Source of the DNA: Thermoleophilaceae bacterium | Lineage (GTDB): Bacteria; Actinomycetota; Thermoleophilia; Solirubrobacterales; Thermoleophilaceae | DNA length: 57,682 bases | Direction: 5' to 3' | Assembly (NCBI GenBank): GCA_035646775.1 | Contig: DASROS010000159.1 | Coordinates: 1 to 57,682 of the forward strand | Shown here: piece by piece, positions 1 through 8,357 of the stretch | Position numbering within the stretch: position 1 is the stretch's first letter | How the letters are laid out: every line of letters begins with the position of its first letter | Position numbers and translations under genes: made by a program | The notes under the pieces: model-generated | What the model was told of the DNA's origin: nothing | The model's input: the letters and a program-made list of their open reading frames with translations, nothing else | The model's database searches: none

Positions 1-2
1 CC

Positions 3-959
3 CCCGCCCAGGGCCCGCTTCCGCCCACCACGCCGGCTCCTCCCGTCCAGCCGGCACCACCCGCGCCGGTGCCCGCACCCAAGAAGGGCAAGGCCTTCGT
101 GGAGGTCAAGAAGGGCATGGCCACGCGCAAGGTGCGCTACGTGGCGCGCGGGCAGAAGTTGAAGGTGGTGGGGCGGGTGAAGCCCTTCGTGGCCGGCCAG
201 GTGGCGCTGCTCGAGATCTCGCGCCGCGGCAAGGTCATCTCCCGCCAGCGTGCCCGGATCCGCCGCGCCCGCCGCGGGGGGGCGGCGACCTTCCGCATCA
301 AGGCATCCCGCAAGGGCCGCTTCAGCGTGCGACTGCGCCACCGCGCCACGCCGCGGCAGAAGGCCTTCCGCTCCAAGTGGGACCGGATCAAGGCCGTCAC
401 CTTCCGCGCCGGAGAGGGCGCTAGCGGCACGCACGTGCTGCTGCTCCAGCGCCGGATGCGGCGGATGGGCTTCGCGGTGCCGGTGTCGGGCTCCTACGGC
501 GGGGCCACCTCGCGCGCGGTGCTGGCCTTCCGCAAGACCAACAACATGTCGCGCACCGGCTACGCCAGCCCCGCGGTCTACAGAAAGCTCTTCCGCAACA
601 GGGGCGCCTTCAGGGCGAAGTACCCGCGCGCCGGGCGCCACGTGGAGTTCGACTGGTCGCGCCAGATACTCGCCTTGATGGGTCGCAACGGCCGGCCGGT
701 GAACGTCTACCACTCGTCCTCCGGCACGTCGGCCACGCCCACGGTGTTCGGCAAGTTCAGCTTCTACCGCAAGCAGCCCGGCACCAACGCCAAGGGCATG
801 GTCCACTCCAACTACTTCATCGGCGGCTACGCCGTCCACGGGTACCATTCGGTGCCCATCTACCCGGCCAGCCACGGCTGCCTGCGGGTGCCGATCCCGG
901 ACGCTTACGCGATCGACGCTCAGATCTCGCTCGGCGAGACGATCTTCGTCTACCGCTGA
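3..959 (+). CDS. L,D-transpeptidase (YkuD domain) with peptidoglycan-binding-like domain; 5' end runs off the window
   Basis: This frame is open from base 3 (Pro-rich PAPPVQPAPPAPVPAP, no stop), so the GTG at 69 in the ORF track is probably internal. PG-binding-like segment GTHVLLLQRRMRRMGFAVPVSGSYGGATSRAVLAFRK. YkuD catalytic signature HGYHSVPIYPASHGCLRVP. Stop TGA at 957-959. Confidence 0.85.
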   Translation, partial: PAQGPLPPTTPAPPVQPAPPAPVPAPKKGKAFVEVKKGMATRKVRYVARGQKLKVVGRVKPFVAGQVALLEISRRGKVISRQRARIRRARRGGAATFRIKASRKGRFSVRLRHRATPRQKAFRSKWDRIKAVTFRAGEGASGTHVLLLQRRMRRMGFAVPVSGSYGGATSRAVLAFRKTNNMSRTGYASPAVYRKLFRNRGAFRAKYPRAGRHVEFDWSRQILALMGRNGRPVNVYHSSSGTSATPTVFGKFSFYRKQPGTNAKGMVHSNYFIGGYAVHGYHSVPIYPASHGCLRVPIPDAYAIDAQISLGETIFVYR

Positions 960-966
960 GCCGTGC

Positions 967-1380
967 TCAGCTCGTGGCCTCGCGCCAGTCCGTCACCTCG
1001 TGCCGCGGGCGCGGCAGCGCGTTGGCGAGCAGCATGCCGCCGAGACCGAACAGCAGCAGGGCCAGGCCGCCCGAGACCATGCGCGGCGGCCACGGGTCGC
1101 GCGACGTGACGATGCCCGCAAACGGGGCCACGAGCACGTCGTTGACGTCGTCGATGAGCTCGCGTGCGCTCGTGTGAACGCGCTCGCGCACCCGCTCCAC
1201 GGGCGCGTCCGGTGACGGCTGGTCGATCGGTCCGGGGGAACGCGGCGGTACCGCATCGCCGCTCACGGCGCGAATCTGGCCGTCCGAGCCTTCTTGGGCC
1301 TGGTCGATCCCGAACAGGGCGAAGCTCGCGATCAGCAGCACTGCCGCGGTCACGGCGCAGATCCGGACGGCGGTTGCCAT
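967..1380 (-). CDS. hypothetical membrane protein (two hydrophobic segments)
   Basis: In-frame ATG (cat at 1378-1380) inside track ORF 967..2061(-). Strong GC3 bias. Hydrophobic stretches ICAVTAAVLLIASFALFGI and GGLALLLFGLGGMLLANAL. No family recognised. Divergent from pyrE. Confidence 0.55.
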   Translation of the reverse strand: MATAVRICAVTAAVLLIASFALFGIDQAQEGSDGQIRAVSGDAVPPRSPGPIDQPSPDAPVERVRERVHTSARELIDDVNDVLVAPFAGIVTSRDPWPPRMVSGGLALLLFGLGGMLLANALPRPRHEVTDWREATS

Positions 1381-1452
1381 GGCCTTAACATCGGCAGCCG
1401 CCGTGCAGAACGTGACCCGCGACACCCCTTTCTCAGCGAGGGTTTCCGCGTT

Positions 1453-2004
1453 GTGAGCGGCGCCCGCGAGCGGCTCGTGGCAGAGCTGCGCGAGCACGCC
1501 CTGGTTGTGGGCAGGGTCACGCTTTCCAGCGGCGGCGAGGCCGAGTACTACGTGGACGCCAAGCGGGCCATCCTGCTGCCCGCCGGCTTTGCCGCCCTCG
1601 GGGAGCTCGTGGCCGCCGAGGCCGCGCGCCTGAAAGCCACCGCCGTGGGTGGGATGACGATGGGTGCCGATCCGGTGGCCTGTGCCGCCCTGGCCGCCGG
1701 CGCGGAGGCAAAGGCCTTCTTCGTGCGCAAGGAGCGCAAGGAGCACGGCCTGCAGCGCTGGATCGAGGGTCCCGAGCTGGATCCCGGCGAGCGCTGCCTC
1801 GTGGTGGAGGACGTTGTCACCACCGGCGGCTCCACGGTCAAGGCGATCGAGCGGATCCGCGAGGAGGGCCTTCAGGTCTGCGGCGTGGTGAGCGTGCTGG
1901 ACCGCCTCGCCGGCGGCGCGGAGGCCATCGAGGCCGCCGCGCAGGCGCCCTACGTCCCACTGGCCACGATCGACGACGTGTATCCGGACCGCCCGGACCG
2001 CTAG
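1453..2004 (+). CDS. pyrE: orotate phosphoribosyltransferase
   Basis: PRPP-binding loop CLVVEDVVTTGGS and OPRT-like LSSGGEAEYYVDAKR. Start placed at the in-frame GTG 1453 (VVSGARERL...); the upstream part of track ORF 1294..2004 overlaps the divergent gene. Confidence 0.85.
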   Translation: MSGARERLVAELREHALVVGRVTLSSGGEAEYYVDAKRAILLPAGFAALGELVAAEAARLKATAVGGMTMGADPVACAALAAGAEAKAFFVRKERKEHGLQRWIEGPELDPGERCLVVEDVVTTGGSTVKAIERIREEGLQVCGVVSVLDRLAGGAEAIEAAAQAPYVPLATIDDVYPDRPDR

Positions 2005-2011
2005 CGGCGAG

Positions 2012-2037
2012 TGCCCCAAGCAGGATTCGAACCAGCG
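2012..2037 (-). repeat. 26-nt remnant of the tRNA-Arg 3' end (att-like copy A)
   Basis: tgccccaagcaggattcgaaccagcg matches the 3' end of the intact tRNA at 8358-8383 in 24 of 26 positions, in the same orientation. No 5' half follows it. Confidence 0.6.
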
Positions 2038-2088
2038 CAACCATTTCGTGGCGGATTGCACAAACCTGACCTACCATGGAACCCTTCC

Positions 2089-3804
2089 GTGGAACGGACT
2101 CGACGGATCACGCGCAGGGTCGTGCTTGGACTCGCGGCCGCGACAATTGCACTCGGCCTGGCCGCAGCGCCTGCGGCTGCGCCGGTCCAGACGAGGTCGT
2201 CGACGCTCCTCGCGCCTCTCTTGGCGTCGGGGTTAGCGAGTACCGCCCAGGCGGGGCCGCCGCCGGTTCTGCTCGGAGCCGCTGACGGCTTCGCGGTTCT
2301 GGGTGGCAGCACGATCACGAATACGGGTCCTACGGTGATCAACGGCGATCTCGGCTTGCATCCGGGCAGCGCGGTCGTTGGATTTTCGCCCGGAACGGTC
2401 AACGGGGCCGAGCACGTGAGCGACGCTGTCGCCGAGCAGGCCAAGACCGACCTGACGACCGCGTACAACGACGCGGCTGGCCGGCCGGCGTCTGCGACGT
2501 CGCCGCCCGACATCGGCGGGCGGACGCTCACTGCGGGTGTCTATGGGACCGGGTCGGTCCCTTCGCTTGGGCTGACCGGGCGCCTGACGCTGGACGCGCA
2601 GGGCGACCCGGGCGCGGTGTTCATCTTCCAGATCGCGTCGACGCTCGTTACGGCAACCGATAGCAGCATCAGCCTCATCAATGGCGCCCAGGCGTGCAAC
2701 GTCTTCTGGCAGGTGGGCAGTTCCGCGACGCTCGGAACGAGAACTGCGTTCCAGGGCAACATCCTGGCTTTGACGTCGATCTCGGTGAACGACGGCGCAA
2801 CTGTGAACGGCAGGCTCTTGGCCCGCAACGGCGCGGTCACGTCGATCAACGACACGGTTACGCGATCGCTGTGTGCGGCCGGCACGGGCCCGGCGCCGCA
2901 GGTGCTGGACGTGCGGCTGTCGAAGCCCGCCGTGATCGGTCGAAACACCTCGATCGTGGTCGAGGCGATCAACACCCTCGCGCCCGTCAGCGGGGTGAGC
3001 GTGCAGTTCGGCCGCAGGGGCGACGTGTTCGGCAGCAGCGCCTGCCGGGCCCTTGACTCCGAAGGGAATGTCCCGCGAGCCTTCAGGCCGGGAGTGCGGA
3101 CGCGGCTGGCCGCCCCCCACCGCTTCCGCAAGAGGGGGAAGCAGAAGGTGCTCGTGCGGGTGGACTCGGGCGGCTGCGCGTCCCCGCTGACGAGCGTCTA
3201 CCAGACCGTGACGGTCACTCCCACCAGCCCAGGTGAGCGCCCGCGCCCGCTGATCGTGGGCGCGCCGACGCTGGTCAAGCCGTCCGGAGCGCTGCTTCCG
3301 CCGATCCTGCCGGCCAGGCAGGTCTCTAGCAGCGGCTGCAGCGGCTCGGGCAAGCGCCTGGGGAGCTCGCGCGCCTCGCGCAGGACCGCGCGCCGCGCCC
3401 TGCAGTGCCTGCTCAACAAGACGCGCCGCGCCCACGGCCTGAGGCGCCTGCTGGGGAACCCCCGCCTGCTCAGGGCGGCCGAGCGCCACTCACGGTCGAT
3501 GGTCGAGCGCCGCTACTTCTCCCACGTCGAGCCGGGCGGCCTGAGCCCGCTGGACCGGATCCTGCGCACCGGCTACCTGAGGGGCGCGCGCGCATACAGC
3601 ACCGGGGAGAACCTCGGCTTCGGCCAGGGCCGGAGCTCGAGCCCGCGCATCATGATGCGAGCCTGGATGAACAGCACGGGGCACCGGGCGAACATCCTCA
3701 ACGGCAGCTTCCGCGAGGTCGGCCTGGGCGTGGTGCAGGGCATCCCGGGGTCCCCCCGCGCGCGCGGGGGGACCTACACGACTGTTTTCGGCGGGCGCCG
3801 CTGA
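2089..3804 (+). CDS. secreted fusion protein: DUF3494/ice-binding-like beta-solenoid domain + Ig-like middle region + C-terminal CAP/SCP (YkwD-like) domain
   Basis: In-frame GTG 2089 gives VERTRRITRRVVLGLAAATIALGLAAAPAAAP, a Tat-like signal. DUF3494-like repeats are FAVLGGSTITNTGPTVINGDLGLHPGSAVVGF ... NVFWQVGSSATLGTRTAFQGNILALTSISVNDGATVNGRLLARNGAVT. CAP-like C-terminus is RYFSHVEPGG...GENLGFGQG...MRAWMNSTGHRANILNGSFREVGLG. The track start at 2011 lies inside the tRNA remnant. Confidence 0.75.
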   Translation: MERTRRITRRVVLGLAAATIALGLAAAPAAAPVQTRSSTLLAPLLASGLASTAQAGPPPVLLGAADGFAVLGGSTITNTGPTVINGDLGLHPGSAVVGFSPGTVNGAEHVSDAVAEQAKTDLTTAYNDAAGRPASATSPPDIGGRTLTAGVYGTGSVPSLGLTGRLTLDAQGDPGAVFIFQIASTLVTATDSSISLINGAQACNVFWQVGSSATLGTRTAFQGNILALTSISVNDGATVNGRLLARNGAVTSINDTVTRSLCAAGTGPAPQVLDVRLSKPAVIGRNTSIVVEAINTLAPVSGVSVQFGRRGDVFGSSACRALDSEGNVPRAFRPGVRTRLAAPHRFRKRGKQKVLVRVDSGGCASPLTSVYQTVTVTPTSPGERPRPLIVGAPTLVKPSGALLPPILPARQVSSSGCSGSGKRLGSSRASRRTARRALQCLLNKTRRAHGLRRLLGNPRLLRAAERHSRSMVERRYFSHVEPGGLSPLDRILRTGYLRGARAYSTGENLGFGQGRSSSPRIMMRAWMNSTGHRANILNGSFREVGLGVVQGIPGSPRARGGTYTTVFGGRR

Positions 3805-3815
3805 GCCTCGCCCAG

Positions 3816-3876
3816 TGCCCCGAGCAGGAGTCGAACCAGCGGCCTACTCCTTAGGAGGCCACCGAGTCGGCGGGGC
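3816..3876 (-). pseudogene. degenerate tRNA-Arg(CCT) copy (att-like copy B)
   Basis: The reverse complement reads GCCCCGCCGACTCGGTGGCCTCCTAAGGAGTAGGCCGCTGGTTCGACTCCTGCTCGGGGCA (61 nt). It matches the intact tRNA in 40 of 44 positions from the 3' end through the CTCCTAA anticodon loop, then diverges. The D-arm is missing, the T-stem has a T:T mismatch and the anticodon stem is broken. Confidence 0.6.
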
Positions 3877-3981
3877 GGAAGGGTAAGCGAGGGTGCGCGT
3901 GGCCAAGCAATCCCTGCAAGCGCGACCTTTCCAGGCGGGCAGCGTGGCCGCGCTGCGCCGCGGTTGGCCGGGGGTTTGTAC

Positions 3982-4070
3982 CCGTCTTGTACCGGAGACG
4001 GATGCGCGGGCTTGACTCTCAAGCCTACGTGTGTTCAACTGACTAATACGAGCGACCTAGACGGTCGTCT
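3982..4070 (+). promoter_or_regulatory. candidate promoter/operator region of the SBP56 operon
   Basis: Locally lower-GC leader. Inverted repeat CCGTCT-N8-AGACGG at 3982-4001. CGACC-TAGAC-GGTCG at 4053-4067, overlapping AGACG-GT-CGTCT at 4059-4070. The AGACGG half-site recurs. SD-like AGAGAGGAGA at 4081-4090 precedes ATG 4096. Confidence 0.3.
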
Positions 4071-4095
4071 AAAAGTGCCAAGAGAGGAGACACAC

Positions 4096-5454
4096 ATGGC
4101 TGACGGCTCCCACACCGACGACCGCCCGCGTTCCTTCCACGCCTCGCCCGCGGAAGCGCTCGAGGCGCCTCCCGAGCGGTTCCTATACCTCGCCTGTCTG
4201 CACGAGGGCACAGACGTCGATCAGCCGGACTTCATCGCTGTGGTCGACGCCGATCCCGATTCCGGCAGCTACGGCGAAATCGTCGACGAGACGCCGATGC
4301 CGAACGTCGGGGACGAGCTCCACCACTTCGGCTGGAACCGCTGCAGCTCCGCCTGCCACGGGCCCGACCGCTCGCACCTGATCGTGCCCGGCTTCCGCTC
4401 GTCGCGGATCCACATCCTCGATGTGGCAACCGATCCGCGCCACCCCCGGATCGAGAAGGTGATCGAGCCGGAGGAGCTGGCTGAGAAGACCGGCTACAGC
4501 CGCCCCCACACCGTCCACTGCATGCCGGGCGACAACGTGGTCGTCAGCATGCTGGGCGACAGGGACGGCGGCGGCGCGGGTGGCTTCGCCTGCCTCGACG
4601 CGCGCACCTTCGAGGTCAAGGGCCGCTGGGAGAACGGCGGCCCCCAGCCGAAGCTCAACTACGACTTCTGGTACCAGCCGCGCAAGAACGTCCTGATCTC
4701 ATCGGAGTTCGGCGAGCCGAACGCCTACGAGTCCGGCTTCGACATCGAGCATGTCGGCGCGGGCCGTTACGGGCAGCGGCTGCACTTCTGGGACCTCGCT
4801 GAGCGGCGGCTCGAGCAGACGCTCGACCTGGGCGACGCCGGACTGATCCCGCTCGAAGTGCGCTGGCTGCACGACCCCGAGGCCGAGCAGGGCTTCGTCG
4901 GGGCGGCGCTGGCCAGCAACATGTTCCGCTTCCATCGCTCGAACGGCAGCTTCCAGGCCGAGCCTGTGATCGAGGTCGCGAACGAGAAGCTCGAGGGCTG
5001 GCCGCTGCCCGGCGGCGTGCCGGGGTTGATCACCGACCTGCTCGTCTCGATGGACGACCGGTTCCTCTACTTCTCGAACTGGCTGCACGGGGACCTGCGC
5101 CAGTACGACGTCTCCGATCCGGAGCACCCGAAGCTGACGGGCCGGCTCTGGCTCGGTGGGCTGCTCGGCAAGGAGAACGACGCGGGCCGTGAGCTGAACG
5201 GCGGGCCGCAGATGATCCAGCTCTCACTGGACGGGCGGCGACTCTACGTGACGAACTCGCTCTACTCGACGTGGGACAACCAGTTCTATCCCGAGCTGCG
5301 CTCATGGCTCCTCAAGGTCGACTGCGACCCCGAGGGCGGGATGGAGGTCGACCGTGACTTCTTCGTCGATTTCCACGAGCGGCCCGGCGGCCCCGCGCGC
5401 GCACACGAGGTGCGCCTCGAGGGCGGCGACTGCACCACGGAGATCTTCCAATGA
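4096..5454 (+). CDS. selenium-binding protein family (SBP56; methanethiol-oxidase-like)
   Basis: Start at ATG 4096, which has an upstream SD. SBP56-like sequence throughout: FLYLACLHEGTDVDQPDFIAVVDADPDSGSYGEIV, HHFGWNRCSSACHG, LIVPGFRSSRIHILD, YSRPHTVHCMPG, LYVTNSLYSTWDNQFYPE. Confidence 0.9.
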   Translation: MADGSHTDDRPRSFHASPAEALEAPPERFLYLACLHEGTDVDQPDFIAVVDADPDSGSYGEIVDETPMPNVGDELHHFGWNRCSSACHGPDRSHLIVPGFRSSRIHILDVATDPRHPRIEKVIEPEELAEKTGYSRPHTVHCMPGDNVVVSMLGDRDGGGAGGFACLDARTFEVKGRWENGGPQPKLNYDFWYQPRKNVLISSEFGEPNAYESGFDIEHVGAGRYGQRLHFWDLAERRLEQTLDLGDAGLIPLEVRWLHDPEAEQGFVGAALASNMFRFHRSNGSFQAEPVIEVANEKLEGWPLPGGVPGLITDLLVSMDDRFLYFSNWLHGDLRQYDVSDPEHPKLTGRLWLGGLLGKENDAGRELNGGPQMIQLSLDGRRLYVTNSLYSTWDNQFYPELRSWLLKVDCDPEGGMEVDRDFFVDFHERPGGPARAHEVRLEGGDCTTEIFQ

Positions 5455-5591
5455 CGGTCATCGCCCACCACGCCGGGGAGCAGCTGATCCTGACCGCGGC
5501 GATCGGGAGCGGGCTGTTGTCGGGCTCGCTGCTCGTCCTGCGGGCGCGCCTGGCGGAGCTCGCCCGCCGTCACTGGCGGAGGCATCCATGA
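5451..5591 (+). CDS. 46-aa single-pass membrane peptide (below the ORF-track size cut-off)
   Basis: Translation is MTVIAHHAGEQLILTAAIGSGLLSGSLLVLRARLAELARRHWRRHP. Its ATG 5451 overlaps the SBP56 stop (ATGA) and its TGA 5589-5591 overlaps the TetR ATG 5588 (ATGA). It has GC3-rich codons, one hydrophobic helix and a basic tail. Confidence 0.5.
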   Translation: MTVIAHHAGEQLILTAAIGSGLLSGSLLVLRARLAELARRHWRRHP

Positions 5592-6196
5592 GGGCAGCGT
5601 CTCAGCCCTCGACGCGGGCGGAGACCGAAGACGCCTTCCTGGACGCCGCGGAGCGGCTTCTGATCGAGCTCGGCTACTCGGGAATCAGCACCCGGCGCGT
5701 GGCCGAGGAGGCCGGCGCCAACCATGGCCTGGTCCACTACTACTTCGGCTCGATGGAGAACCTGTTCGTGCGCGTGCTCGAACGGTTCACGGCGCGCCTG
5801 ATCGCGCGTCAGCGCGAGATGTACGGGCGCACCGAGATCTCCGGCGCCGAGAAGTGGAAGACGGCGATGGCCTACCTCGAGTCCGACCTGGCCGCCGGCT
5901 ATCCGAAGATCTGGCTCGAGCTGCAGGCGCTGGGGTGGAACCGGCCCGACATCGCGGAGCGCGTGGCGCAGGTCAACCGCGAGTGGCGCGCCGTGCTCAC
6001 CGAGGCGTTCGACCAGCTGATGGATGAGTACGGCCTCGACCGCGAGCAGTTCCCGCTCGCGGCGGTCGTCAGCCTTGTGATGACGTTCAATGAGGGGCTC
6101 ATGGTCGAGCGCCTGTCCGGCATCTCCGCCGGTCACCGCGACCTGCAGGAGATGGTGGAGCGCTGGCTCGGGTCCCTCGAGGAGGCGAAGCGATGA
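5588..6196 (+). CDS. TetR/AcrR family transcriptional regulator
   Basis: The internal ATG 5588 of track ORF 5354..6196 gives MRAASQPSTRAE... TetR HTH reads FLDAAERLLIELGYSGISTRRVAEEAGANHGLVHYYFGS. Confidence 0.85.
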   Translation: MRAASQPSTRAETEDAFLDAAERLLIELGYSGISTRRVAEEAGANHGLVHYYFGSMENLFVRVLERFTARLIARQREMYGRTEISGAEKWKTAMAYLESDLAAGYPKIWLELQALGWNRPDIAERVAQVNREWRAVLTEAFDQLMDEYGLDREQFPLAAVVSLVMTFNEGLMVERLSGISAGHRDLQEMVERWLGSLEEAKR

Positions 6197-8337
6197 CCGG
6201 CACGACGGAAGTGCCCACCGCTCGATCGCAGCCGGTCGAGCAGTCCCGCGCGCGCTACCCGGACGAGGACGGCTACGTCGAGCGCGACGGCGTGCGGCTC
6301 TTCTACGAGCTGTACGGCGAGGGCGAGCGCACCGTGCTTTTCCTGCCCACCTGGTCGATCATCCACTCGCGGCACTGGAAGGCCCAGATCCCCTACTTCG
6401 CGCGCCACCACAGGGTGCTGACCTTCGACGGACGCGGAAACGGGCGTTCCGACCGGCCGCGGGGCACCGACGCTTACGTCGCTCGCCAGTTCGCGGACGA
6501 TGCCCTCGCCGTGATGGACGCCACCGGGACCGAGACCGCGCTCCTGGTCGCTCTCTCCGCCGGGGCTCTCTGGGCGACCCTGCTGGCCGCCGACCATCCC
6601 GAGCGGGTCGACGCCGTCGCCTACATCGGCGCGGCGGTGCCGCTCGTGCCCGGGCATCCCGAACGCACGCGCTACCCGTTCGAAGAGCGGCACGAGACCG
6701 ATGAGGGCTGGGCCAAGCTCAACCGGCACTACTGGCTGAAGGACTACCCGGGCTTCCTCGAGTTCTTCTTCGGCCGGATGTTCACCGAGCCGCATTCGAC
6801 GAAGCAGATCGAGGACTGCATCGGCTGGGGTCTCGAGACCGGCCCTCAGACGATGATCGACATCACCCGCGGGCTGGCTCCCCCCGAGGGCTTTAGGGAG
6901 AGCTGCGAACGGGTGCGCTGCCCGGTGATGGTCATCCACGGCAGCGACGACGCGGTCCGCCCGCACGCGGGCGGGGCTGCACTCGCAGACGTGACGGGCG
7001 GCGAGCTCGTCACGCTCGAGGGTTCGGGCCACGGGCCTCACGCGCGCGACCCGGTCAAGGTGAACCTGCTGCTGCGCGACTTCGTCGAGCCGCCACGCCC
7101 GAAGGCGTCGGCGTGGACCCGCGGAAAGAGCCGCCGCCGCCGCCGCGCCCTGTACATCTCCTCACCGATCGGGCTCGGACACGCCCAGCGGGATGTTGCG
7201 ATCGCCAGGGAGCTGCGGCGGCTCGTGCCCGACCTCGAGATCGACTGGCTGGCTCAGGACCCGGTGACCAGGGTGCTCGAGGGGGAGGGCGAGCGGATCC
7301 ACCCCATGAGCGCGGAGCTGGCGAACGAGTCGCGTCACATCGAGTCCGAGTCGGCCGAGCACGATCTCCACTGCTTCCAGGCCTGGCGCAGGATGGACGA
7401 GATCCTGGTCGCCAACTTCATGGTGTTCCACGACCTCGTGCGCGAACACGACTACGACCTGTGGATCGGCGACGAGGCGTGGGAGCTCGACTACTACCTG
7501 CACGAGAACCCCGAGCAGAAACGGGCCGCCTACGTGTGGCTGACCGACTTCGTGGGCTGGCTGCCGATGGAGGACGGCGGCGGCCATGAGAGCTACCTGA
7601 CCGCGGACTACAACGCTGAGATGATCGAGCACATCGAGCGCTTCCCGCGCGTGCGCGATCGAGCGCTGTTCGTTGGCAACCGCGACGACGTGGTGCAGGA
7701 GTCCTTCGGCGCCGAGCTGCCCATGATCGGCGACTGGACCGAGGAGCACTTCGACTTCACCGGCTACATAACCGGCTTCGACCCAGGCCAGTTCGCGGAT
7801 CGCACCCGCTTGCGCGCCGAGCTCGGCTACGGCGACGACGAGCGCGTCTGCCTGGTCACCGTCGGCGGCTCGGGCGTCGGCGGCCACCTGCTGCGGCGGG
7901 TGATCGACGCCTTCCCCGAGGCCAAGCAGCGCGTGCCCGACCTGCGGATGATCGTCGTCTGCGGCCCGCGCATCGACCCGCGGTCGCTGCCGGCGGCACC
8001 CGGCCTCGAAGTGGTGACCTACGTCCACAACCTCTACCGCCATCTGGCCGCGTGCGACCTCGCGGTGGTCCAGGGCGGGCTGACCACGTCGATGGAGCTG
8101 ACCGCGTCCCGACGACCGTTCCTCTACTTCCCACTGAGCCACCACTTCGAGCAGAACTTCCACGTGCGCCACCGCCTCGAGCGCTACGGGGCCGGGCGCC
8201 GCATGGACTTCGACGACTCGACGCCGGAGGTGATCGCGGAGGCGATTTCCGAGGAGATCGGTCGCCAGGTCGACTACCGCCCGGTGGAAACCGACGGTGC
8301 CACGCGGGCCGCGACCCAGATCGCCGAAATGCTCTGA
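6193..8337 (+). CDS. fusion protein: N-terminal alpha/beta hydrolase + C-terminal GT-B (GT28/MurG-like) glycosyltransferase
   Basis: ATG 6193 overlaps the TetR stop (ATGA). Hydrolase part: VLFLPTWSIIHSRHWKAQIPYFARHHRVLTFDGRGNGRSD, nucleophile elbow LVALSAGAL, IHGSDDAV. GT part from about aa 320: RRALYISSPIGLGHAQRDVAIAREL ... CLVTVGGSGVGGHLL ... AACDLAVVQGGLTTSMEL. Confidence 0.8.
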   Translation: MTGTTEVPTARSQPVEQSRARYPDEDGYVERDGVRLFYELYGEGERTVLFLPTWSIIHSRHWKAQIPYFARHHRVLTFDGRGNGRSDRPRGTDAYVARQFADDALAVMDATGTETALLVALSAGALWATLLAADHPERVDAVAYIGAAVPLVPGHPERTRYPFEERHETDEGWAKLNRHYWLKDYPGFLEFFFGRMFTEPHSTKQIEDCIGWGLETGPQTMIDITRGLAPPEGFRESCERVRCPVMVIHGSDDAVRPHAGGAALADVTGGELVTLEGSGHGPHARDPVKVNLLLRDFVEPPRPKASAWTRGKSRRRRRALYISSPIGLGHAQRDVAIARELRRLVPDLEIDWLAQDPVTRVLEGEGERIHPMSAELANESRHIESESAEHDLHCFQAWRRMDEILVANFMVFHDLVREHDYDLWIGDEAWELDYYLHENPEQKRAAYVWLTDFVGWLPMEDGGGHESYLTADYNAEMIEHIERFPRVRDRALFVGNRDDVVQESFGAELPMIGDWTEEHFDFTGYITGFDPGQFADRTRLRAELGYGDDERVCLVTVGGSGVGGHLLRRVIDAFPEAKQRVPDLRMIVVCGPRIDPRSLPAAPGLEVVTYVHNLYRHLAACDLAVVQGGLTTSMELTASRRPFLYFPLSHHFEQNFHVRHRLERYGAGRRMDFDDSTPEVIAEAISEEIGRQVDYRPVETDGATRAATQIAEML

Positions 8338-8357
8338 GCGTCGACCTTCGCGCGGAG

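Noticed and set aside
2011-2088. Track start (GTG 2011) of the ice-binding-like/CAP gene
   Set aside because: The first 26 codons would be translated from the tRNA-Arg remnant. The in-frame GTG 2089 gives a proper Tat/Sec-like signal peptide.
3816-3876. Possibility that copy B is a functional, D-arm-less tRNA
   Set aside because: It has an acceptor-stem 7:66 C:U mismatch, a T:T mismatch in the middle of the T-stem, an anticodon stem that does not pair (only 1 Watson-Crick pair of 5) and a length of 61 nt. I treat it as a pseudogene or att remnant.
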